35,696 nucleotides of DNA from a virus. The stretch is taken from IMG/VR virus record IMGVR_UViG_3300034065_000148. One strand, given 5' to 3'. Below, piece after piece: positions 1-8,705 of this stretch. Every line of letters starts with the position of its first letter. Position 1 is the stretch's first letter. Position numbers and translations under genes: made by a program. Under the pieces are notes generated by a model that did no database searches, was not told where the DNA came from, and saw only the letters and a program-made list of their open reading frames with translations.

Positions 1-127
1 CCAGGTTCTTTCCCGAATTCTGGAGCTAGCTCTATTGCTAGATTATATCTTAATGCTTTGTTATATCCCGGAGGCAAAGAGACAAGTGATGTAAGTAATG
101 AAAAGTCTGATAACTGCTTCCAAGACC
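1..127. repeat. Terminal direct repeat, identical to 35570-35696 (circular-assembly overlap or terminal redundancy)
   Basis: Base-by-base comparison of the two window ends: 127/127 identical. Confidence 0.97.
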
Positions 128-578
128 ACATTTGAAAGTTATTTGCCTGCAATGGAATTGGCCAAAAATAAAGCGTTGCATATGGAAACGTGTAATTAAC
201 AAATAGCTTAGTTGGAATATTGCTCTGAGTATTAGGAACCGGCAAAGCTGCCCATTGATCTTGATTTATGATTTCAATCTCAAGATTAAAAACACTTGAA
301 CCTTGAACCTGTTGCCAAATGGCATTCTCTATCTTTTGAGGCCTAGCCGTATTAAAATCAGGAGCTCCAGTGCCCATTTGATAAGACTGTTGGCCAGCTA
401 CAAGTGGAAATGTCTCATTTACCTTAGCGTAAATAAGCATATTCTGAGTCGACCAACTATCCACCATATCGTTTAGATATTGCAGAGCAGTTGTTGACTC
501 GTTAGCCGAAGGGACCTCGTTTCCAGCGAGGACGCCTATCAGCCTAAGAGATTGTGTTATAAGATCAAGAGTAGTCAT
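1..578 (-). CDS. Head-to-tail adaptor, P22 gp4-like. This is the 5' part of the gene; it continues in frame into 35437-35569, giving 236 aa in total.
   Basis: ATG at 578-576 shares one base with the TAA of the upstream gene (TAATG). Manual translation MTTLDLITQSLRLIGVLAGNEVPSANESTTALQYLNDMVDSW... parallels the P22 gp4 N-terminus (DLVRAALRKLGV...DDLEAMMAEW). 578 + 133 nt = 711 nt = 237 codons across the junction. Confidence 0.7.
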   Translation of the reverse strand, partial: MTTLDLITQSLRLIGVLAGNEVPSANESTTALQYLNDMVDSWSTQNMLIYAKVNETFPLVAGQQSYQMGTGAPDFNTARPQKIENAIWQQVQGSSVFNLEIEIINQDQWAALPVPNTQSNIPTKLFVNYTFPYATLYFWPIPLQANNFQMWSWKQLSDFSLLTSLVSLPPGYNKALRYNLAIELAPEFGKEP

Positions 579-784
579 TACTCAGCTTTCTTTTTTCTAG
601 AAACCTTCTCAACAACAACTTCCTCTGAATCATCTTTCTTTTCTCCCTCATAACCCCAATCTTTTCCTAAATTCTTATGGTCTTGTTCGTTATGAACAAT
701 CTTGCAAAACTTTTTAAGTTCTTTCTCACCTTCTACTGCGTGAGGATTATAATCCTTGTGGTAAACTGATCTCGGATAACTCAT
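578..784 (-). CDS. Hypothetical 68-aa K/E-rich protein
   Basis: ORF track. Its stop overlaps the adaptor start, and it overlaps the 3' end of the glycosyltransferase gene by 38 nt. Confidence 0.55.
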   Translation of the reverse strand: MSYPRSVYHKDYNPHAVEGEKELKKFCKIVHNEQDHKNLGKDWGYEGEKKDDSEEVVVEKVSRKKKAE

Positions 785-1553
785 TATGCTTCTCCTTTGT
801 AAGTACTTTAAATTTTTCGGTTGTGTCTTTGATTTGGTTTAACGCATCTTCCATACTAAATATGGCATCTACTTTTACTGGTTCTCCTCCACCTTTTAAC
901 CAACTACCAATGTTTCCAGAATAAGGTGTCGGATTAAAATCCCAATGTGTAAGCGAAGCTTCTGGGTCTAGAAATATCTTTCCACCGCTTTCCACCCATT
1001 CCCTACAGAAGTATAAATCTTCTCCGTATAGATGCCCGTCGACAAAAGGCATTTTAAAGAACGCATGACATTTATGACCATTTTGAATTGTTAAATCTCG
1101 TTCCGGATATTTATCTAGCATCGTTTGAAATACTTTACGTGACAGTGCTAAAAACCCAGTAGGAATTCCTTGGACGCCAAGCAAGCCATCTTTAGTCATT
1201 GGAACGCCCAATAATTCTGGATCTGGAAGCCATGCAATAGGGTATTGTTCACCGTTACGTTTATAGCGATATGCTCCGCCAACAAAGTCAACGTCACGAT
1301 GTGCAAGCTTTAAAAGATCACCTAAGTTCCATGTGATATCTGAATCGACAAATACAAGCCTATCAAATCCACTATCCATAAACTCTGTGGCTAATTGGTT
1401 TCTCGCTTGAGCAATACCTGCTCCAGAAGATAGGCAATTGATCATGAGGTGATCGCCAGCCCCGATTGCAACGGTTAGTTCGTTGAACAAACAGTTCATT
1501 GTTCGAACAGGAATTTTACCGTCGTAAACGGGGATGGCTACACATATCTTCAT
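747..1553 (-). CDS. Glycosyltransferase (GT-A/GT2-like), paralog of the 7746-8705 gene
   Basis: N-terminal MKICVAIPVYDGKIPV Rossmann strand and the acidic VFVDSDITW (DxD-type) motif. The ATG overlaps the upstream TAA (TAATG). Confidence 0.7.
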   Translation of the reverse strand: MKICVAIPVYDGKIPVRTMNCLFNELTVAIGAGDHLMINCLSSGAGIAQARNQLATEFMDSGFDRLVFVDSDITWNLGDLLKLAHRDVDFVGGAYRYKRNGEQYPIAWLPDPELLGVPMTKDGLLGVQGIPTGFLALSRKVFQTMLDKYPERDLTIQNGHKCHAFFKMPFVDGHLYGEDLYFCREWVESGGKIFLDPEASLTHWDFNPTPYSGNIGSWLKGGGEPVKVDAIFSMEDALNQIKDTTEKFKVLTKEKHNELSEISLPQGL

Positions 1554-1870
1554 TAGTTAGATTGAACTCCAAGATTATGCAAAAGAGTATAAACTTGGTT
1601 AAGACCTGCAGCTAAAGTTGAAATACCATTACCGATTAACGTGCTATTATACGTACTCGTTAACGCTTGGATTCCAGTTGTAGCTGAAGCAGTTCCTCCA
1701 GAGGAGTCAGTTAATTGAGCAAGACCTGTTCCTTGAACAACAGGGGTTTTGCCATAAAAACCGACATAATCTCCAGAAGATTGACCAACGCTAAAACCAT
1801 CAGTGCTTATTCCCGAACCGTATCCGGGTGTAACGTCTTTATTACTCGTAATATCGTTCTGCAAAGCCAT
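1553..1870 (-). CDS. Small S/T/G-rich protein directly after the coat gene (possible capsid-associated or decoration protein)
   Basis: 105-aa ORF with an AAGG-type RBS after the coat attenuator. Contains the GFYGKTPVVQ motif. The function is inferred from position only. Confidence 0.6.
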   Translation of the reverse strand: MALQNDITSNKDVTPGYGSGISTDGFSVGQSSGDYVGFYGKTPVVQGTGLAQLTDSSGGTASATTGIQALTSTYNSTLIGNGISTLAAGLNQVYTLLHNLGVQSN

Positions 1871-1886
1871 ACCCTAACCTTTCTTT

Positions 1887-1907
1887 AAAAGGGCCCCGAA
1901 GGGCCCC
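1887..1907 (-). terminator. Intrinsic terminator/attenuator hairpin after the coat gene
   Basis: Minus strand reads GGGGCCC-UUCG-GGGCCC-UUUU: a 6-bp all-GC stem, a UUCG tetraloop and a short U run. It lies 20 nt after the coat stop codon. Confidence 0.6.
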
Positions 1908-1926
1908 AGAAGTTAATAACTTTAAA

Positions 1927-3150
1927 TTACCCTTGAATTCTGCAAGCGAGTTCTTGATAGATGGTTTGCCATCCATAGAGCACATCAATTCTGCAAGGAT
2001 GTTGGTCATTGACGATGTCATATGCCCGAACAACCCGTAAGCTCATTCCAGCTCTTGGATCACTTGCACGTGCAGCCATTTCAACTCCGCCCGGCAATTC
2101 AAGATCTGCCATACCGAGACAGAATGCATCTCTATGGTAAGCCACGTTTACAGGACTAACAACGTTTGCATAGCTAGATGCCGATGCGAACGTTAGAACA
2201 GCAGAACTCTGAGCAACTCCGGCAGTAACGTTCTGATAAGGACCAGAGGTTACAATTGCAGGGCTGATCGGAATCGTTGCAGCTCCACCGCTCGAACTTA
2301 CAGCGCTGGTAACAACGAATTGTTTCAATGCTCCAGTTGATTGGAATGAAACAGGGTTGACTGCATAAACGTTAGCAAAAGTTACTACGTCACCGGGCAA
2401 GAGTAAGTTAGTTACACTTGTAGTCCAGTTGTTAGTAATAATGTTTGATCCGGTTTGAGCAGTAGCGCAGTTAGAAATACCAACTCCACCAAGAGCTCCA
2501 ATTGTGTGTGCTTGAACGTTCTGGTCCATGCGGAAATTCATGCCAAGAGCGCGTCCCATTAAGCCCTTGTCGTATTGTTCAGCGAGTTTAGGACCATCTT
2601 GAAACAATCCTTTTAATGCATCAACAATACTTGCTTCAGCAGCTGGGTTAATAATACAGCTAATCTTGTCATCCATGGGGCAAGCATTTTCTGCCAGCTT
2701 TTGTTTAGCTTGCAAGAAAAGCAATGCAGTTGCCGGAGTTGTTCCAGGAGCTCCTACAAAGTTTGAAACACCGGTAGGAACTTGTGTTAAACCATCGTAA
2801 TCAATTTTATTGGCTAGAGCGTTGATTGCGGGTAGCACATAACGATCACTGAAATCATCAACGTTCAATAACATATCTTTCGATGTGAATTGAAAGTCAA
2901 CGTGTTGCTGAGTTCCGAGAGTCAAAGCGACTGACTGGTCGGTGATATCTTGCAATTGAAGAGCAGGGCCCGAAACAGTCGTATAACGAACTGGTTTACG
3001 AATGTTGATTACAGAACCAATTTTGGCTCCAGCATTTGCAAAAGTGTCATCATATTCACGATTAACACCTTTTGCGAAACCTAATTCGTTCTCTAGTATG
3101 CGAAGGGCTTCCTTCGTAATCATACTAATACTTAATAAACTATTAGACAT
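1927..3150 (-). CDS. Major capsid (coat) protein, P22-coat-like family
   Basis: N-terminus ITKEALRILENELGFAKGVNREYDDTFANAGAKIGSVINIRKP is typical of the P22_CoatProtein-type family. GAGGAG RBS. Position is after the scaffold gene. Confidence 0.9.
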   Translation of the reverse strand: MSNSLLSISMITKEALRILENELGFAKGVNREYDDTFANAGAKIGSVINIRKPVRYTTVSGPALQLQDITDQSVALTLGTQQHVDFQFTSKDMLLNVDDFSDRYVLPAINALANKIDYDGLTQVPTGVSNFVGAPGTTPATALLFLQAKQKLAENACPMDDKISCIINPAAEASIVDALKGLFQDGPKLAEQYDKGLMGRALGMNFRMDQNVQAHTIGALGGVGISNCATAQTGSNIITNNWTTSVTNLLLPGDVVTFANVYAVNPVSFQSTGALKQFVVTSAVSSSGGAATIPISPAIVTSGPYQNVTAGVAQSSAVLTFASASSYANVVSPVNVAYHRDAFCLGMADLELPGGVEMAARASDPRAGMSLRVVRAYDIVNDQHPCRIDVLYGWQTIYQELACRIQG

Positions 3151-3153
3151 ACA

Positions 3154-4089
3154 TTATCTCCTCATAGAGTTTTGTTTAATTTGCTCGTTCCTAATCCTCT
3201 TATAATCTTCGTAACTCAAGTTAGGATCGTTAAGATCCTTTGAGCTAGAAGCGCCACGAGTTCTAACGGGCGTAACAGGCTTCGGGGTTCGAACAGTTTT
3301 TGGACTCTCAGAGGTTTTAGATTCAACTTTGACGAATTTAGCTTCAAGCTTACCCATCTCTCTTGCAGCTTGCAAAGGAGGTAAACTGCAAATGCGTTTA
3401 AATTCCTTTGGGTTATTGGCAAGTTCATACATCATTTCAGGCCCATGATCTGAATCTAAGATAGACTCTTGAACTGCAATCGACATGGGAATGGTCGACA
3501 CATTATCAAGAGCATCGTCGAAATCGTCATGAGATTCTTTAAACGCTGAAACTCTAGCGTTATGAGTATTAAACTTGGTTTGAACCTCTGACTTCGCTTT
3601 TTCTTGAACTTCTTTTTGTCTGGCAGCCTGCATCTTTGCTTCAGCTTTCCAGTCAACAAGCGCTTCAAGGTATTCATCGTGTGTAGCGAAATCAGTAGCC
3701 TTTGGTCTAAGATATGTATCTTTTATGGGTTCTGTCTTTGGAGCAGGGCTTTGAGTTTGAACACGCAGAGCCTCTTGGCGCCAGTATTCTTTCTCTTGTT
3801 CAAGCTTGACAATCTTTTTTTGAAACCCACCTTTTTTCTTAGGAGGCTTTGGCTTTTCTTCGTCTGGTTTTGATTCTAATTCCTCATCGGTTTCTTCATC
3901 AGTTTCTTCTGGCTCTGAAGGTTCCGGTTCGTCGGTAGGTTCATCTACCGATGCATCAGTAACCGGGTCCGTTACCGGCTCTTTTACTTCAGGCTTTTTA
4001 TCATCAACTGGTTTTGTTACAGCCAGATCGCCTAACGCAGCGGTCACAGTAGCTTCATTATCAGTGGACGACTTGATTGTTACGGTCAT
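3154..4089 (-). CDS. Scaffolding protein
   Basis: 311 aa with an acidic, low-complexity N-terminal half (PEPSEPEETDEETDEE) and a charged helical C-terminal half. Located between the portal and coat genes. Confidence 0.65.
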   Translation of the reverse strand: MTVTIKSSTDNEATVTAALGDLAVTKPVDDKKPEVKEPVTDPVTDASVDEPTDEPEPSEPEETDEETDEELESKPDEEKPKPPKKKGGFQKKIVKLEQEKEYWRQEALRVQTQSPAPKTEPIKDTYLRPKATDFATHDEYLEALVDWKAEAKMQAARQKEVQEKAKSEVQTKFNTHNARVSAFKESHDDFDDALDNVSTIPMSIAVQESILDSDHGPEMMYELANNPKEFKRICSLPPLQAAREMGKLEAKFVKVESKTSESPKTVRTPKPVTPVRTRGASSSKDLNDPNLSYEDYKRIRNEQIKQNSMRR

Positions 4090-6197
4090 TGCATTGCTCC
4101 TTGGGGCGCAGCTTGTGGGCCAGCTCCAACAGGTTGTTGATTAGTTGGAGGCGCAGCGTTTCCGCCAGCTCCGCTATTATTTAATAAGCTCTCTTGTTGT
4201 TGCCGATCGATATCAAGTTGACGATCTATGTGGTCTTGCTCAGCTTGGAATATTGTGGCCGCATCTTTTTGGTCATGTTTCATGAGCTCAATTGCTAGTT
4301 GAGTTTTCTGTTCCATTGCAGCGATGCGCTCTTTAGACATTAGCTCTAAACTCTTATTCTCAATGACCTTAGTGCTGGCATCCAACTCTTGAGATAGTTT
4401 TTGGATCATCGTACTCATCTGGGTCATTTGTTGCTTAGCTTGGGGTGGGATTGGATCGCCTTCGTCATCTGATGTAATTTGAGGAGGAAGTGAACGCTTG
4501 ATTCTATCTGCAATTTCAGAAGACCCAGGCCAATCCATGTTCCTTACTAATATATCTCCAGCCATTTGCATTAACTGTGGCGCAGCCTTTGTAAGATCAA
4601 GCATCGATCCAACAGCCTCTTGACGCTTAGTCTGAAAACTTGGTCCAGTATCTACGGTGCAATCGTATGTTCCAGCGTCTAAGAAATGAGTTTTCTTATC
4701 GCCGCCAGGGCCCGGGATAAGTTGATTGATCTCTTGCATTTTAACTTCGCCATCTTCACCTATTATCCTCACCGCTTGAGCTGAGCTATAAATTTCAGGA
4801 ATCCAATTGATTAATATTCGACCTGCATGTCTTAGGGAGCGTGAGAGATTATCTATAAAATGAAAGTTAGAAATCTGTGATTGACTGTTACGTCTTTGAA
4901 TTGCAATGCCTGATTGTTCATTGGATCTGTTGCCCAAAGATGCGTCATAAATTCCAGTAACAGCTTTCAACTCGTCAGAAGCTTGTTGCCTCTCAACTGT
5001 AATGGACTGAACCTGAGGTTCGAACTGAGTTCTAGCCGGAGGTGGAACTGCGATGCCTCCGATAGTCTTTGGCTTATATTGAAGGAATGAGTGGTTTTTA
5101 AAGTTGGCTGACTTCCAAATATCTTCATAGCCTTCAAACTGTCCTTCAGCTCCAATGAACGGAGCTTTAGGTGCAAGGGCTATCATTTCGGTCGCAGCAG
5201 AAGCATAGTAGTTGTACATACGCTGTGGGTCTTTAGCGTTACGGACTATGCCGGATAATATCCTTCGACCTTCGACTATGAATTCCTCGCCTATTACCGG
5301 GATGATTGGAATCCATTGGCCATGAATCTCTGTCTTATCTAGAACTTCAATACCGTTAATCTTTGCCCATTTAATCTTAGGAACTAAAGATTTACGCTCT
5401 GAAATTACTCTTAAACCATCAGGTAATTTATCTGGCAGATCTTTTTTCTCTACACACCTTTTGTCAGATAGTAAGCATAGTTCTACTTCTTCCCAAACCT
5501 TATAGTAATACTCTGCAACACGCACTGCTTCGGCATTGATGAACATGCCTTGGTTATCGCCTAACGATGACCAATCACTCATCCCAGATAGCTTTGCATC
5601 AGGGAATTGAACCTGGAACTCATCACGAGACATATCGTCAAAGATGAATCCCCACTGGCAATCTGAACCATCAGGCTCTTGGTAAAAAGGATCCAGGTAA
5701 ACTGAAAATCTATCTTTAATACGTTTGATTAATATTTCTTGTTGGAACGACATAGGATCGGAGTAATCAGTAACGATCCTAAAATAACCGATGCCAGAAG
5801 ACGCTGCGTATTCAAAAGCTGTGTCGTATGCGATATCAGCATGAGAATTGTATTCAATGTGTCTTATCATTCCCTGTAGTATTTTTGCGGTATCAACTGT
5901 GGCTTTAGAATCGCATGGGTTAACTTTGATAGAAGGTCTATTTTGACGTTGATCATTTGTGACTTGTCTTATGAATTGGGGCAAACGATTGACTGTTAAA
6001 CAAGGACGCATATCTAGCATCCGTTGATTTCTGATTTCCATTGGCCATTGTTCGCCGGTCAGGAACTGCTGATCTTCTAATTCTTGACGTCTATTTTCTG
6101 TTTCGGCTTCGACGGCGACTTGAAAGCGTTGCTTAGCAAGCTTTATTAACTCCTCATCACTGGAGGGATCTAAATCACGTTTTTCATTTAAGTCCAT
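4086..6197 (-). CDS. Portal protein (P22 gp1-like)
   Basis: 703 aa. Motifs QWPMEIRNQR...RPCLTVNRLPQFIRQVTNDQRQNRPSIKVNP are typical of P22-type portals, and the C-terminal barrel region is Q-rich. ATGA overlap with the scaffold gene. Confidence 0.9.
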   Translation of the reverse strand: MDLNEKRDLDPSSDEELIKLAKQRFQVAVEAETENRRQELEDQQFLTGEQWPMEIRNQRMLDMRPCLTVNRLPQFIRQVTNDQRQNRPSIKVNPCDSKATVDTAKILQGMIRHIEYNSHADIAYDTAFEYAASSGIGYFRIVTDYSDPMSFQQEILIKRIKDRFSVYLDPFYQEPDGSDCQWGFIFDDMSRDEFQVQFPDAKLSGMSDWSSLGDNQGMFINAEAVRVAEYYYKVWEEVELCLLSDKRCVEKKDLPDKLPDGLRVISERKSLVPKIKWAKINGIEVLDKTEIHGQWIPIIPVIGEEFIVEGRRILSGIVRNAKDPQRMYNYYASAATEMIALAPKAPFIGAEGQFEGYEDIWKSANFKNHSFLQYKPKTIGGIAVPPPARTQFEPQVQSITVERQQASDELKAVTGIYDASLGNRSNEQSGIAIQRRNSQSQISNFHFIDNLSRSLRHAGRILINWIPEIYSSAQAVRIIGEDGEVKMQEINQLIPGPGGDKKTHFLDAGTYDCTVDTGPSFQTKRQEAVGSMLDLTKAAPQLMQMAGDILVRNMDWPGSSEIADRIKRSLPPQITSDDEGDPIPPQAKQQMTQMSTMIQKLSQELDASTKVIENKSLELMSKERIAAMEQKTQLAIELMKHDQKDAATIFQAEQDHIDRQLDIDRQQQESLLNNSGAGGNAAPPTNQQPVGAGPQAAPQGAMQ

Positions 6198-6211
6198 TGT
6201 TCCCCTAAAAA

Positions 6212-6237
6212 TTACACGATCTGTGTAACTCTTACAC
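6212..6237 (-). promoter_or_regulatory. Three alternating half-sites TTACAC / GTGTAA / TTACAC in the terL-portal spacer (mutually exclusive hairpins or a protein-binding site)
   Basis: TTACAC at 6212-6217, GTGTAA at 6223-6228 and TTACAC at 6232-6237. The middle element is complementary to both flanking elements. Confidence 0.35.
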
Positions 6238-6285
6238 TATTTCTAGTATCGGGAACATTTCAATAGAAATATACGAGACTTGGGG

Positions 6286-7746
6286 CTAGCCCATCCACGA
6301 GGAACTTTTGCTGCCAGTTTGATGATAGCTCTTATGATTTCTCTTTAGGTTCTTAGATGAAACTTCGTAGGCAAATGATAAAGCTAAAGCATCGGCTCTA
6401 TTAGGTGATGGAACTCCACGAGACTTCATATCTTTCTTTGATTCTAATTGTAGCTTACCGTCTAATCTCGGCACTGTTTCTGGAGCTATGATCTCATCGT
6501 GAAGTACTGGATCTTTGGGAATAGATCCACCTTCTTTGAGCCAATCTCTTAAGGACTTCCACATTTCTGCGCGCTTATTAAGGCATCCTTCATCCGCAGA
6601 ACGCTCTGAAAACCAGACTAGTTGCCAGTTCCGCTTAAGAGTTCGGCCAACACTAACAACGCCAGTCCCGTAACCGCCATCAATAAAAACAGCATCAGCT
6701 TCTTCTTCGTCCTCAAATGTAGCTAAAATATTAGCGATGAATACGTCATTATCATTCTTTGCCAGAGTTTTTAAGATTCTAAAAGAGAGACCTTGCCTGA
6801 GCCCTATGACGAGTTCGTCATCCCCTTCCCAGGCAGGGTCTAGAGTAAGGATCTTGGGTGCCCAATTATAGGAAGATTCGCTTAACTCTTTACCGTAGGC
6901 TTTATCAACATCTTCGGTAGAAATATACTGTTTAAACGAGGTTGTTGGGAATATTCCTCGAACTCTTACTTTAACGAAGTCAGAGTCTAAACCGTAGTCT
7001 TCGATCCACTTTTCTATTTGGGCTTTGTTGGTTCCTTCGACATCACGAGAGTCAATTTGACGACATTTCCAACGATGCTTAAAACGGGCGAAACAATCTC
7101 TGAACCTTCCATTATTTCTCGTAGGGTTTCCATAGGCAATCCAGATGATTTCAGTATTCTCGTCAGTGAGCGCGCCCTCAGTAACTTCCCAGACTTTATC
7201 GGCAATGGAAGATGCTTCGTCAAAGATAACGACGATTCGCTTTCCTTTGTTGTGTAATCCGGCAAAAGCCTCAGTATTGTTGATCGACCACGTGACGGCA
7301 TCAGTCCTCCAGGATCTTTCGTGACTCTTATCAACGCTAGCAACAGCAGTCGCGGTGACGTTAAACCAGTGTGAATTGATGGCTAACCTAAACCATTTTG
7401 ATATCTCTGGCCAGGTTTTAGTTCTTAGCTGCGTCTCTGTATTGGCCGTTACAACTATCTTTGTATCTTCACACGTACTCATAGCCCAATGGATGATCTG
7501 AGCAATGTCTGCTGACTTCCCAATCCCGTGTCCAGAAGCTACTGAGATAAGTAACGGGCTAAACCTAGTCTTTGGATCTGATAGGTGCTTTTGAATATCA
7601 AGGCCGACTTCACGCTGCCATTCCCTTTGGCCTTTAGAATCTTGTAGATCCTTTTCGCCCCAGGGATAAGCCATCTCAGCAAAGCCAACTGGATCTGTTT
7701 CGTAGTAACTAATTTCTTCGACTAACTCGTCTTCGAGGTCAGACAT
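6286..7746 (-). CDS. terL: Terminase large subunit
   Basis: Walker A SGHGIGKS and Walker B VVIFDEAS. C-terminal nuclease-type region. Sits upstream of the portal gene. Confidence 0.9.
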   Translation of the reverse strand: MSDLEDELVEEISYYETDPVGFAEMAYPWGEKDLQDSKGQREWQREVGLDIQKHLSDPKTRFSPLLISVASGHGIGKSADIAQIIHWAMSTCEDTKIVVTANTETQLRTKTWPEISKWFRLAINSHWFNVTATAVASVDKSHERSWRTDAVTWSINNTEAFAGLHNKGKRIVVIFDEASSIADKVWEVTEGALTDENTEIIWIAYGNPTRNNGRFRDCFARFKHRWKCRQIDSRDVEGTNKAQIEKWIEDYGLDSDFVKVRVRGIFPTTSFKQYISTEDVDKAYGKELSESSYNWAPKILTLDPAWEGDDELVIGLRQGLSFRILKTLAKNDNDVFIANILATFEDEEEADAVFIDGGYGTGVVSVGRTLKRNWQLVWFSERSADEGCLNKRAEMWKSLRDWLKEGGSIPKDPVLHDEIIAPETVPRLDGKLQLESKKDMKSRGVPSPNRADALALSFAYEVSSKNLKRNHKSYHQTGSKSSSWMG

Positions 7747-8705
7747 TAAAACAAAGGCTTCTCTAGTTTAAATATATTCCCTCGGTCACGCATTCCTTGA
7801 ATATGTGCAAGTTGATCTTTGTAGCTTGCATCAAGCGTTTCAAATAGTTCTTTGGGGCACATCTTTGGCAACGTATCTTGATGGCAGCGCTTAAACTTCT
7901 TACCAGATCCACAGAAGCATGGGAGATTGCCGGGCCATTTGGCAAACGGGTGTGGTTCAAGTTCTTTCTTAGATAAGTCTGAGTGATCTTCGTTAACGTT
8001 TAGCTTATGATAAGACTGATCTAACGACTTAGTAGCGCTATACGTATGACGTCCAACATGATCAACAACACAATGTTTATTCATATAAAGCTTAAGACCT
8101 AGCTTACGAGCCTCATGGCAAAAGCCCCAATCTTCAGTGTTTAGATTTCCAGTCTCATCGATCTCAACGGGGAAGAACATTCGCTCATATTCAAGTTCTT
8201 GTTTCATTGGATCTCTGTGATGATATTTCTTCATATGCGGAGCCATCTCTTCAAACACATCAACGTCGATCTTTAGAAAGCCTGTTGGAATATTTAATAC
8301 CTCAAACTCACCAGATTCATCAGAGACTTTATCGAAATATTCAAAAGCAGAGTATTCCCCTACAGGAGTATGCTCATTAATTATTGGCCCATAATTAAGA
8401 CGAATCGGAAACACTTTGAGAGGATAAGTTCCTCCAACAATTCTTTTCTTAGATCTTAAGAGATGAAATATCTGCTTTGGCTCCCATTGAATATCAGCGT
8501 CTATAAACAAAAGCTTATCGTATTTACTTTTCATCGCAAACTCAGCACAACGATTTCTAGCCCACGACACAAGGTTCCTTGGCTCATTAAAGAGCGTCAC
8601 TTCAATTCCAGCTTCGTGAAAGTATGGAATAGATTTGATATACGAATGCAGATATTGAATTGGAACGTTACCGTCGAAAATAGGAGTCGCAATTAATAAT
8701 TTTAT
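7746..8705 (-). CDS. Glycosyltransferase (GT-A/GT2-like), probably initiated at a non-canonical ATA that overlaps the TerS stop
   Basis: The track ORF (GTG at 8600) lacks the conserved N-terminus. The in-frame upstream sequence IKLLIATPIFDGNVPIQYLHSYIKSIPYFHEAGIE aligns with MKICVAIPVYDGKIPV of the paralog. There is no ATG/GTG/TTG between the TAG at 8723-8721 and 8600. Also has the FIDADIQW acidic motif. Confidence 0.6.
   Translation of the reverse strand: MKLLIATPIFDGNVPIQYLHSYIKSIPYFHEAGIEVTLFNEPRNLVSWARNRCAEFAMKSKYDKLLFIDADIQWEPKQIFHLLRSKKRIVGGTYPLKVFPIRLNYGPIINEHTPVGEYSAFEYFDKVSDESGEFEVLNIPTGFLKIDVDVFEEMAPHMKKYHHRDPMKQELEYERMFFPVEIDETGNLNTEDWGFCHEARKLGLKLYMNKHCVVDHVGRHTYSATKSLDQSYHKLNVNEDHSDLSKKELEPHPFAKWPGNLPCFCGSGKKFKRCHQDTLPKMCPKELFETLDASYKDQLAHIQGMRDRGNIFKLEKPLF

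Noticed and set aside
1842-2033. 63-aa minus-strand ORF spanning the coat-gene stop and the terminator hairpin
   Set aside because: It overlaps the coat C-terminus out of frame and reads through the GC hairpin, so it is implausible as a gene.
5017-5025. GGTTCGAAC T-loop-like string suggesting a tRNA
   Set aside because: It lies inside the portal coding sequence, and the flanks (CTGAG on both sides) are not complementary. No cloverleaf is possible.
3002-8696. Assorted short ORFs antisense to or embedded in the head/packaging genes (3002-3205, 3216-3428, 3456-3677, 3604-3873, 4967-5176, 7014-7343, 7018-7257, 7763-7960, 8463-8696)
   Set aside because: All lie inside strongly supported structural genes, lack RBSs and have low-complexity or hydrophobic nonsense-like translations.
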